DNA from: an uncultured Bacilli bacterium
Lineage (GTDB): Bacteria; Bacillota_I; Bacilli_A; RFN20; CAG-288
Assembly: GCA_963544395.1 (NCBI GenBank)
Contig: CAUUFA010000001.1
Coordinates: forward strand, 66-64,065
Reading direction: 5' to 3'
Length of the DNA: 64,000 nucleotides
Part shown: one piece after another, positions 38,101 to 44,104 of the stretch
Layout: every line of letters begins with the position of its first letter
Position numbering within the stretch: position 1 is the stretch's first letter
Notes under the pieces: model-generated
Told to the model about the DNA's origin: nothing
What the model saw: only the letters and a program-made list of their open reading frames with translations
Databases searched by the model: none
Made by a program: the position numbers and the translations under genes

Positions 38101-39327
38101 GAGGAGCCTTCCAGAGGAATCATAAGTGAAGGCAGCTTCCTTGACGATGGAGGAGCTTGTTCCGATATAGCCGTAAGCATATTTGAGGCTTCCGACATCC
38201 CACGCGAAAGTCGTTTTGGCGATTAGGGTGCCATTGCAATCGTAGGCCCTGGCAGTGCTGACCTGGCGATTGGAATAGGAAATGTCGAGTCTCTCGCCTT
38301 CGCTGTTTCTGATGGAGGTCGGGCCGCTGGAGCCGAGAGTGTATGTTACCGTCTTTCTGTTCTCCAGTTCGAGCTTCGCAACCTTGAAGTTGGAGCCGCT
38401 TTTCTCGAATATCATCTTGTTACCCTTCTTGTCCACGAGAATGGCCTTGTTCCCGTCATTGCCGACAAGGAGGTATGTGGCGTCCGAGAAGGAGAGGAAG
38501 TAGGATCCCTCGATGTCCTCTATGGGTTCCAAATCGTAATTGTCCTTGATGTCGTCAGGCTCGCACCTATAGTAGCGCGTGGTCTTTCCACTCGGCTCGA
38601 CGATGTCATAGGTGTTGTCGTCAATCTTACTCATCTCGTATTCCGAGTTGGCTTTCCATTTTCCGTTGGAATAGAAGAAATCCAAAGTAATCGGGGCCTT
38701 TTCGCTAGGTGTGCCTATGGCCTCGAATTTGTGGATCAATTCGCCGGTGGCCACGTTCATGCTGGTGACGCCGGCATACCCGACCTCGTTCTGGACATAC
38801 TCGTACATGGAGTCAAGCCCGGAGATTTGGGCGAGCTGCATCTGTGCCACCACCTCGGAGTTGATGACCTCTTCGTTGATTTCCTTGACCTCGACGGAGC
38901 CATTGTCAGCTACGACCTTGAAGTAGAGGTCGACGGAAGATTTTCCGTCAAGCTTCGCTCTCAAGTATTTGGAGATGTCGAATTCAACGACGATCTCCGC
39001 CTGTCCGTAAGGGGCACTCTTGCCATCAAAGTTGACTGTGTCGATTTTGGCTCCGAGACTGCTTGTGTTGTCATTATTGAAATCTTCTTCGGAGCTTTCG
39101 TAGATTGAAATGGTGGCACTTCTTGTCGGTTCTTTCGCAGCCATCCTTATTGAAGCCGCAGCCACTTTGTGGGAAGAGAAGGGAACATCCGTTATGGACA
39201 GTTTCGCCTTCATGCAGTTGCCGGTCTTGAGGGCAATATATCCGTCCCCGTCCGCAGTCGCATTGCAGTATTTTCCATCGAATTGCATTTTTGGCTTCGA
39301 TGAGCCGTTGTTAATGTTGATAATCAT
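32158..39327 (-). CDS. Rhs/YD-repeat polymorphic toxin (2389 aa) with LamG/CBM-like modules, Gly-zipper TM region, Hint domain and GIY-YIG-like C-terminal toxin
   Basis: Many YD repeats (YEYDSLGRKIKK, YEYDANGNVTKI, YTYDGLGRLVS, YAYDANNNITS). The core-closing motif is RYYDPDLGRFISMDS. The Hint module runs CFVSGTLV...LIVHN. The tail is SYEILDDSGKTVYVGKG..R. The N-terminus (MIININNGSSKPKMQFDGKY) has no signal peptide and no LXG/WXG-like helix pattern. Confidence 0.9.
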   Translation of the reverse strand: MIININNGSSKPKMQFDGKYCNATADGDGYIALKTGNCMKAKLSITDVPFSSHKVAAASIRMAAKEPTRSATISIYESSEEDFNNDNTSSLGAKIDTVNFDGKSAPYGQAEIVVEFDISKYLRAKLDGKSSVDLYFKVVADNGSVEVKEINEEVINSEVVAQMQLAQISGLDSMYEYVQNEVGYAGVTSMNVATGELIHKFEAIGTPSEKAPITLDFFYSNGKWKANSEYEMSKIDDNTYDIVEPSGKTTRYYRCEPDDIKDNYDLEPIEDIEGSYFLSFSDATYLLVGNDGNKAILVDKKGNKMIFEKSGSNFKVAKLELENRKTVTYTLGSSGPTSIRNSEGERLDISYSNRQVSTARAYDCNGTLIAKTTFAWDVGSLKYAYGYIGTSSSIVKEAAFTYDSSGRLLTAEDAKGGIHEKIGYEGSGRVHKTECGTSSTGNPFSTFDYNGMKTRVTDYTGRYVDYFFDGYGRCKVMIDDEAKSITRNYGEVIDGKLGGLTSESNVQVNERNVIDNSSFETEETLFGENAAWKLSSGSRDGIKVVDGGVYGQKCLMIEKGTSDVKINQYVSTPVPGTYAFRVFIKGMKTTGAINAGDIKVQLKVEYTKKTTISGSSGGSKTKSGKSNGGGSTVTKEVWMTDVYTLQNDFSGNFDWVEANNRSIFIPDTSGNTYKHLSVYVSIFLSGSGYTAFVDDIQLCRGDHQIRHNYIVDGWFETGGNHPWEMSNCGALDGIGLIYDAYTYQGFLGQRAMKLSGDITKEKSAKREIEIHGGAGDELLLTCFGKGTTSSNDRFGVSVKIHYVDTGTTSEHSFDFDPNFDSWQVLTRSIVAERAYDKVTVTLFSRSANDVWFEAVQLYRDSFGKQYTYNEKKDMTQMVNADGTTAEVSYDKNERVTEATDESGDSYRYSFNEDGTVSQITNNQNTKVQFKYSNGCKTETKVVSSAGDILKTSSTYDDRKNVLSETDDDGNVTRYEYDSLGRKIKKTSANGTTMTYTYNSAGELSKQLHSLNGTSSSCQYEYDANGNVTKITTGSGAVYRFEYDGAQKIKRVTLDGKTIVSNEYGKSVGGVNTGLPTRQTLGQDDTCGYYDFGYDGKLRLSYVNFNGIRQAEYTYDEFDMATCVYDAVNKCREYIDYDSDGNVANRKVVWEDGTSEHGDDSFHYFTDNLKNLQRIDETVFGIRRGIDFEYKCEYNDYTPSGYLARLARAFPDEIIKGGSGLKGMYGGRPILNTTYTESINVDDDSPLGDTVQSLSFKSDNATVIYDIDTLNSTRKPESTISNRFSYSAWKADMTFRRSAFGWIKPSGTIAGQQKIFTYASKIYKAERLTLIAEKDGTISIYDYSAGKKPILTSNGKISMDTWNLVGMKFAKSGDRIYAMFVLNGEVKSTDYACSKDFKVLKYFHIGEPSQSLTLMDLYKLDDGGSLKKEYPINMAFRLAFAGVGSYDYEEDDYKGIYEEGKKYLLGEPIYGASGVTWSNAKVYEGMDVISLNGSLVSLNRMQPKEFSYTEASFKVDKSRAFEFDQEERRHVYGSYGSLVNLNRGNPSKLAYDLLLKDEGTITMRFKPKGSVSGKRFLLSAGKGTKVLKVFLEAGKLRIESGSQQFTLGGVSVGSDSWHRLAVRWDGKSVKIDLDGNSGSFAFSNAIDLDGCLTYVGCDVDGYGKPIDHLEGCIEMLAFSDRLIDDERVSAIAEEGCSVSVRTHYDELGRTASKEIVTDGAALEKAYSYRRNSGLTTTKVEKETNFLGHEIAYGYDKLGSISSVSYRKAGSDNATLPADKTYTYDGLGRLVSSNHGGIAHSYAYDANNNITSKDGMIYGYDTSIKDRLVSRSDGTFIEYGDSFVGNPTRIKKPGIDIRMSWSGRRLKSTNGTTYEYNADGIRTTKRSSNFDEFYSIEGDRIAAMKRVEGGDEKIVLFNYDEAGQLVGFTYENKEYFYERNIMGDIASVIDAKGHSYVSYDYDDWGVPQVHIDDSAMGKEIAKLNHFMFRGYFHDDETGFYYLKTRYYDPDLGRFISMDSQIGKIGETMGMNLFAYCSCNPIGMTDENGQWGNWFTKLLIGVAVIAVCAIAVVATGGLGASCIATSMLVGAVKGAAIGAAVGAVTGAVQGAITEGIRTGTWEGALRGAFTGAVEGAADGFMWGAIGGAISGAMNPSYCFVSGTLVATSLGMKAIDEIQQGDKVLSYDEDLGIYDEKEVLDVYVNETAEVVHLFIGNDEIICTPGHRFLTEEGWKPASELKKGYCLKTKGCDKMLKDVRFEKLASPIKTYNLNVQGFHTYVVLCGCLLIVHNGCGSYEILDDSGKTVYVGKGNLTRARVSLKAHHGSSIRYCDLTGKGDKFSFMVEAANMSRYTGLQNKIASPGKKLLELASPEALKEVFSTILNPKNWTLFF

Positions 39328-39347
39328 GTCTTGTTTTTTCCTTTCTG

Positions 39348-40184
39348 TTAAATCAATGTCTTCGCATGTGCTATCGCGCTGATGTCCAGCCTTCGATAGG
39401 CATACCCTTGCGAGAGTATGTCGACCGGTATCCCGACAAGCTCCTGCACATGCTGCTTGAGCTTGTCTATGAGAGACGTCTGCTCCATATTCGTGACGCC
39501 GTCGAAGAACCTCACGAGGAGATCGACGTCACTTCCTTGGTTGAATGTTCCGTCGGCGTATGAGCCGTACAGCCACATCTTCTCGACCTTGTATCCGTTC
39601 ATCAGGACTAGCCTGTCATCTACAATTTTCGAGACGATCTCCTCCCTTGGGACGAGCCTGTGCGGTCTCTTGCATCCTTTCCTAGATGAAGAGAACATTG
39701 CCTGTTCCAGTAGCATCGCGTAGGTTTTTTGCTCGTTAGTCAGGCCTTCTACAATTTCTCCGTAGAAGGCGGGACGAATCGTAAGGCAGAGTCCCCTTCT
39801 CTCGTAGATATGGTTGATGGTGAGGCAGGCGAATTCGGCGAAGCGGTCAATTTCCGCTTTCCTTAGCGCCTCCAGGACATACATGGCCTGGGTGGCAGGT
39901 ACATCGTCGACGTATGAGAGATAGGCCAAGGAAACGGAATTTCCGGCCTCTGCGCCGATGTCAGCGCAGGTAAGAAGGAAGAACGCCTTTCTGACCAGTT
40001 CCTGCGTGAATGGCAGTCTCAACGATCGATGGAGGAAGGCACAGGAATCACATATGCACTTGAAATGCGATTCCTCGGTTCCCCTCGGGGTCATTTTTCC
40101 GAGCATCAATGCTTTCGTGACGTTCCTTTCCATCTGCATCCCCAGCATCCTCGATAGGAAGTGGGGGAAGTCCCTGTCGTGCAT
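39348..40184 (-). CDS. Helical N-domain + minimal nucleotidyltransferase (MNT, Pol-beta superfamily) fusion protein
   Basis: 278 aa. The C-terminal LYGSYADGTFNQGSDVDLLV...IPVDIL is the GS-x(10)-DxD plus third-Asp MNT motif. The N-terminal ~170 aa are unassigned. It is a paralogue of the next gene. Confidence 0.7.
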   Translation of the reverse strand: MHDRDFPHFLSRMLGMQMERNVTKALMLGKMTPRGTEESHFKCICDSCAFLHRSLRLPFTQELVRKAFFLLTCADIGAEAGNSVSLAYLSYVDDVPATQAMYVLEALRKAEIDRFAEFACLTINHIYERRGLCLTIRPAFYGEIVEGLTNEQKTYAMLLEQAMFSSSRKGCKRPHRLVPREEIVSKIVDDRLVLMNGYKVEKMWLYGSYADGTFNQGSDVDLLVRFFDGVTNMEQTSLIDKLKQHVQELVGIPVDILSQGYAYRRLDISAIAHAKTLI

Positions 40185-40185
40185 G

Positions 40186-41043
40186 TCAGAATATCCTCCT
40201 TCTGAATCGCCGAATGTCCTTCGACTCGCAGAAAATGTCGCGGGAGTCTATCACGTCGACGGGAATCGATAGGGATTGCTCGAGGAATCTCTCAAGTTCG
40301 GGGTGTTCCAGTCCTTCGGCGTTCACATCGACAACGACGTCGAGGTCGCTGTATTCGTTGAATAATCCGTTCACGTAGGAACCCGTCATCCAAAGGTGTC
40401 TTACGCCGTGATCGGCTTTAACCCTTTTCCTCATTTCCGACAGCTCCGAGGCAAGTTCGTCAGGCGAATAGTCCCTATGCTTCGTGTTGTAGCGCACTGA
40501 AACGGGGATGAGCCCAGTCATCATACCTTCCAGGTCATCCCTTTCCATCCCGGCATCCGCAAATTGTGCCAACGCCGAGAGGAACTGGTGGTAGAAGATG
40601 ATTGGAAGGTAGCAGTTTTTCGTCATGATCCAGTTGAAAATGCAGGCCGCCACCCTCGAAGTCTCGATTCCGAATATCCCGGTCCTGACGCAGCGGATGA
40701 ACATGGTTGTTGCTGCATCGGGTCCTTCGTCGTTCTGAGAGATCTCCAACTCCTTGGCAAGTCGTTTCCCTTTTTCCTCGGAGAATGATTGGCGAAGGGA
40801 CTTGGAAACCTTCGCAAGGGCATTTTGGAAGTCATCCTCAAGGAAGAAGGAGCGGTATATTTCTTGCCATAGGCGGAGATCCCTTTCGTCGTTGGTTTCC
40901 GGCTCCTTGAGATCGTGGTACACCTTGTTTTTCTCGAACATGCCCTCGAGCCTGTTGCGTTTCGGGTTCGACATGCAGAGGAACTTGAACGGAATCTTTG
41001 GGTTCATGGATCCGCATTTGAGAATCGTGAATTCTTTGATCAT
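40186..41043 (-). CDS. Helical N-domain + minimal nucleotidyltransferase (MNT) fusion protein
   Basis: 285 aa with C-terminal MTGSYVNGLFNEYSDLDVVVDV...IPVDVIDS. ATGA-coupled to the holin upstream. One nt separates its stop from the next ATG. Confidence 0.7.
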   Translation of the reverse strand: MIKEFTILKCGSMNPKIPFKFLCMSNPKRNRLEGMFEKNKVYHDLKEPETNDERDLRLWQEIYRSFFLEDDFQNALAKVSKSLRQSFSEEKGKRLAKELEISQNDEGPDAATTMFIRCVRTGIFGIETSRVAACIFNWIMTKNCYLPIIFYHQFLSALAQFADAGMERDDLEGMMTGLIPVSVRYNTKHRDYSPDELASELSEMRKRVKADHGVRHLWMTGSYVNGLFNEYSDLDVVVDVNAEGLEHPELERFLEQSLSIPVDVIDSRDIFCESKDIRRFRRRIF

Positions 41044-41330
41044 TCCTTTTCACCTCCATTTTTCTTTTGGAAAAGCTGCTTGATAATCTGATTGGCTCCC
41101 GTGGAACCTCCACCAGACACGAAGCCGATAACCAAGGCTTCGTAAACGTTTTCTGCATTCACAAGCTCAGGTGCAGTGAAATAGATGAGCACCGCTAGAA
41201 TCCCTCCGGCCACGATTGTGACGACGGGAATGAACTTATAGGCGCTATCGACTTTCTTGAAAATGAGCTTGTAGATTTCGCCAATGACATAGCAGCAGAC
41301 GACTATGATTGGCACATAGGCAATGTCCAT
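41040..41330 (-). CDS. Phage holin (phi-LC3 / Phage_holin_1-like)
   Basis: 96 aa with TM helices (VPIIVVCCYVIGEIY; FIPVVTIVAGGILAVLIYF) and the GFVSGGGSTGANQIIKQ motif typical of LC3-type holins. Confidence 0.6.
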   Translation of the reverse strand: MDIAYVPIIVVCCYVIGEIYKLIFKKVDSAYKFIPVVTIVAGGILAVLIYFTAPELVNAENVYEALVIGFVSGGGSTGANQIIKQLFQKKNGGEKE

Positions 41331-41335
41331 TTGGT

Positions 41336-41629
41336 TTAATTTCCTCCCTTCCCGCAGAGCTCGTCTATTCGCTTTTCGGCATTCTTGATGGATTCCTCGA
41401 GCTTTGCTAGACGCTCCGCGACATTGCGGTATCTTTCGTCGACGATTCCGATGTTCTTTTCGACCCTGTCGACACAGGCTTTGATGTATCCGATGTCGGA
41501 TAGCATCGTCCCTTCGTGCTTGCCTTCCTTGTGATGATCCATTCGCTCGTTTCGCCTAAAGGCCAATAGAGCGAAAAGGATGCTCGAAAGGGAAGCGACA
41601 AGGGAAGTGATAGAAATAGCTAATTCCAC
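41336..41629 (-). CDS. N-terminal TM + coiled-coil protein, paralogue of 30467-30781
   Basis: 97 aa with a GTG start 9 nt after AGGAGG. Contains TM ISITSLVASLSSILFALLAF and then a coiled coil. Confidence 0.6.
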   Translation of the reverse strand: MELAISITSLVASLSSILFALLAFRRNERMDHHKEGKHEGTMLSDIGYIKACVDRVEKNIGIVDERYRNVAERLAKLEESIKNAEKRIDELCGKGGN

Positions 41630-41653
41630 ATACCTTTACCTCCTATGTGATTA

Positions 41654-41722
41654 AGTGAAGGCTAGGAGAGCTTCGCCGCTTTCCACCCCCCCGACCCAAG
41701 CGGGTGGCTCTCTTCGCCTTCA
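41654..41722. promoter_or_regulatory. GC-rich compound palindrome between the sigma-like gene and the holin/Rhs operon
   Basis: Outer stem GTGAAGGC/GCCTTCAC plus GAGAGC/GCTCTC. The inner pairings CCACCC/GGGTGG and CCGCTT/AAGCGG are mutually exclusive. No U-tract on either strand. Confidence 0.5.
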
Positions 41723-41756
41723 CATGTAAAAGGAGAAAAAACGTCTTCTTGATAAC

Positions 41757-42320
41757 CTAATCGATGAAAGTTTTAAGTTTTTCCTCGATTTCCGCTGAGG
41801 CCTTGACGAGCCTTTTGTGAACGGATGGCTGGGATATGCCAAGGGCTTTTGCTGCGTTTCGCTCAGTGTCACCATTTATCCTTATAGATACGTATATGGT
41901 TCGGTCAGTCTCATCCATAGAAGAGATGGCGGCTTCAAAGGCATCCTGTATTTCAGAATATGAATAAGCCTTGCTAGGATCGTTTTCCGTATCGATAAAA
42001 TCGATGTGCGAATTGCCTTCTTGCATGGCTTCTATGGAAACAGCCGACCCAGCTCGGGAATGGTTTGGCCCGAATGGGCATTCCGTTGAACAGTTGAGGC
42101 GACATTTGACTGGAAGACCATTCTTATTGAAAAGGACGCATCTTGATTCCTCGTCCTTTTGCTTATATTCCTTTTCATCCATGGAACGCAGCATCCTGAA
42201 AAGGGCATAGTCGCACCAGATGCGCCCCTTATATTCCAAGTCGTAGTAACAAGGGGTCTCATCGGTCTTCTCGTAGCCCCATTTGTAGCCGTTTTCTTCA
42301 AAATAATTCTTATTTGTCAT
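41757..42320 (-). CDS. Sigma-70 region-4-type HTH protein with Cys-rich N-terminal domain
   Basis: The C-terminal DRTIYVSIRINGDTERNAAKALGISQPSVHKRLVKASAEIEEKL is a region 4.2-like HTH. Eight Cys lie in the N-terminal half (C..C...C...CRLNCSTEC). The start was set at MTNKN (GGAGGA RBS). Confidence 0.6.
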   Translation of the reverse strand: MTNKNYFEENGYKWGYEKTDETPCYYDLEYKGRIWCDYALFRMLRSMDEKEYKQKDEESRCVLFNKNGLPVKCRLNCSTECPFGPNHSRAGSAVSIEAMQEGNSHIDFIDTENDPSKAYSYSEIQDAFEAAISSMDETDRTIYVSIRINGDTERNAAKALGISQPSVHKRLVKASAEIEEKLKTFID

Positions 42321-42337
42321 AAAAATCCTCCATGAAG

Positions 42338-42404
42338 TCACGGAGGAAAGACATTTCGGACAGGCTAAAAAAGACGCCTTTTCCTCATGGAAACACCTCC
42401 GTGA
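42338..42404. promoter_or_regulatory. 9-bp perfect inverted repeat TCACGGAGG...CCTCCGTGA in the divergent intergenic region
   Basis: The arms are at 42338-42346 and 42396-42404. The repeat lies directly upstream of the sigma-like gene start. Confidence 0.4.
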
Positions 42405-42569
42405 GAATTAGCGCCAGCCTGTGCAAATCAGAACTTGGCTACTGAAGAAGACCGCATGTTTGCAAAACCGATATCATGAAGCCTCCCTTTGTTTCTTTGA
42501 AAACTTTTTCTTTGGCTTTTACATTTTTCCAATCCTCCTTTCATCGAGGTTTTATTCAAAGAGCCTGAA

Positions 42570-42578
42570 TGCTAGAAT
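42570..42578 (+). promoter_or_regulatory. Candidate extended -10 (TGcTAGAAT) for the three-gene ATPase operon
   Basis: TGCTAGAAT lies ~94 nt upstream of the 42672 ATG. The -35 (TTTTAT) at 17-nt spacing is weak. Confidence 0.3.
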
Positions 42579-42638
42579 ATTGGTAGAACCGATAGCACCA
42601 AGGCTCACACTTAATTTAGCTTTAGCGAAAAAACGATT

Positions 42639-42666
42639 CGGTACGCCTCGGTACGGTTTGCGGTAC
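42639..42666 (+). repeat. Three direct CGGTAC repeats immediately upstream of the 42672 start codon
   Basis: CGGTAC occurs at 42639, 42649 and 42661, a spacing of 10 and 12 nt. No Shine-Dalgarno sequence lies between the last repeat and the ATG. Confidence 0.5.
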
Positions 42667-42671
42667 AAGCC

Positions 42672-43667
42672 ATGGATGACAAGATAACCTTTGCGAAATT
42701 TATCGATATTCTTTCAATTAGCAGGAAGAGCCCGACATACATTTTCCTTCCTGAGCTTTTGGATGCTTTTACAGGTTGGAAGTTGAATAATGGTGAACTG
42801 GATTTGCCAAACCTTTGCGACGAAGCAAATCCAAATACGCTGAAAGCGAAAGCCAACGGCAAAAGGGAGATTTCCAAGGAGGAAGCGACGACATTGCTCG
42901 AGAATTACGACCACGATGCCTTGGAAACCTATTTCTACGATTTGATATCGAACGTCCATCTGGTCGAGATAAGGAACGCCATCGTCCGTTATGGCTTCAA
43001 GTTAAAAACCAGCCTCGATGATTCTTCGATTCCAGAGATATGCGCGAAGCTGATGAAGAAGATAATCTATGATCTGAGCGTTGGCAGGAAGGAAACGTTG
43101 CCTCCTCTCGAGTATCTTGATTTCAAAAGCCTAAGCGCCACGGCCTTCAAGGCAGCTGAATTCAAGGACGGTGCCCTTTACATAAATGGCGAGAAGATTC
43201 CGATATCGAGGAAGCTTTCGCAGATGGACATCAAAGTCGACGGCAATCTGCTTTTCGTCAAGAGGCTGTTCGAGGTCTATTCCGAGGCGCTTGGCAAATC
43301 GGTTTCGGAGCCAAAGGATCTTCTCGGCACAAAATTCGAAAGGCATCTCTCCGAGCACACCAAGTTCTACTTCGAGGCGAGGTACAAGGGAAATGCCGCA
43401 AGGGAATTGTTCGACGAAGGCGAAAGCGAATTCAACGCCATAAAAGATGAGATAGAAGCAGGCATTTTCGATGCCCTTTATTTCGGAAAATACGACAGCG
43501 GCATGGATAGGTTGACAAAGGTCATGAACGCTGTTGCGGCGAATCTCCAGCTGAACAGCTCTTTGCTTTTGAACATCAGGGGCTTCATCAACGTTCCTAC
43601 CAGAAAGGGGATCCTTCATATCCTGGTCGAGGTGGGAAGGATTAAGTCATGGGTGAACCCGGAATGA
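42672..43667 (+). CDS. Effector-position protein of a Lamassu/ABC-3C-like operon (unknown N-domain + helical C-terminal adaptor-like domain)
   Basis: 331 aa and helical, with no catalytic motif recognised. The C-terminal ...DRLTKVMNAVAANLQ...TRKGILHILVEVGRIKSWV resembles ABC-3C effector C-terminal domains as I remember them. ATGA-coupled to the next gene. Confidence 0.55.
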   Translation: MDDKITFAKFIDILSISRKSPTYIFLPELLDAFTGWKLNNGELDLPNLCDEANPNTLKAKANGKREISKEEATTLLENYDHDALETYFYDLISNVHLVEIRNAIVRYGFKLKTSLDDSSIPEICAKLMKKIIYDLSVGRKETLPPLEYLDFKSLSATAFKAAEFKDGALYINGEKIPISRKLSQMDIKVDGNLLFVKRLFEVYSEALGKSVSEPKDLLGTKFERHLSEHTKFYFEARYKGNAARELFDEGESEFNAIKDEIEAGIFDALYFGKYDSGMDRLTKVMNAVAANLQLNSSLLLNIRGFINVPTRKGILHILVEVGRIKSWVNPE

Positions 43668-44101
43668 GCAGCAGCGTTTTCAACTCGGTATACGAGACGA
43701 GCTTGAGGCTCGTGTTGCTGCTTTCTGCTTTCGAGGAGCCATTAACCTCCGAAGAGCTTTTCGCCTTCGATTTCGTATCCACGTACGGGAAGGAGTTCGG
43801 CTTGACCGACGTCAGCTTGAACGGGGACAGCGAATTTACCATGAGCAAAGCAACCCTGAGGAGGAAAAGGGTCATGGAATCGATTTCGTATTTAGTAAGA
43901 AACGGTTATGCGGCACCTGTCGCAGTGGAGGATGTGGTAAGGTACGAACTGCTCGAAAAAGGGGAAAAGCTATATAAAAAAATATATTCCACTGGATATG
44001 CCGAGAAATATATCTTGACCGTGGAGCTGGGAAAAAATGGCCTATTTTCCAAAAACGAAAGCGCCTTGAATCTAATACTCGAGAAAATAAAGGAGGGGTA
44101 A
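43664..44101 (+). CDS. Middle-component-like small protein (LmuC / ABC-3C MC position)
   Basis: 145 aa from MSSSVF (ATGA overlap with the upstream stop). Helical with a probable winged-helix region (RRKRVMESISYLVRNGYA). It sits between the effector and the ATPase. Confidence 0.5.
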   Translation: MSSSVFNSVYETSLRLVLLLSAFEEPLTSEELFAFDFVSTYGKEFGLTDVSLNGDSEFTMSKATLRRKRVMESISYLVRNGYAAPVAVEDVVRYELLEKGEKLYKKIYSTGYAEKYILTVELGKNGLFSKNESALNLILEKIKEG

Positions 44102-44104
44102 TGA

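Noticed and set aside
32158-39327. CRISPR-like or tandem DNA repeats in the YD-repeat region
   Set aside because: The periodicity is at protein level only (degenerate YD motifs). No regularly spaced identical DNA repeats were seen here or elsewhere in the window.
32365-39382. Many 60-225-aa ORFs on both strands inside the Rhs gene (e.g. 34477-35151, 35420-35965, 33424-33957, 34707-35117)
   Set aside because: They overlap the 2389-aa Rhs frame and are rich in Arg/Pro/Gly/Ser low-complexity sequence. That is typical of off-frame translation of GC-rich DNA. None has an RBS.
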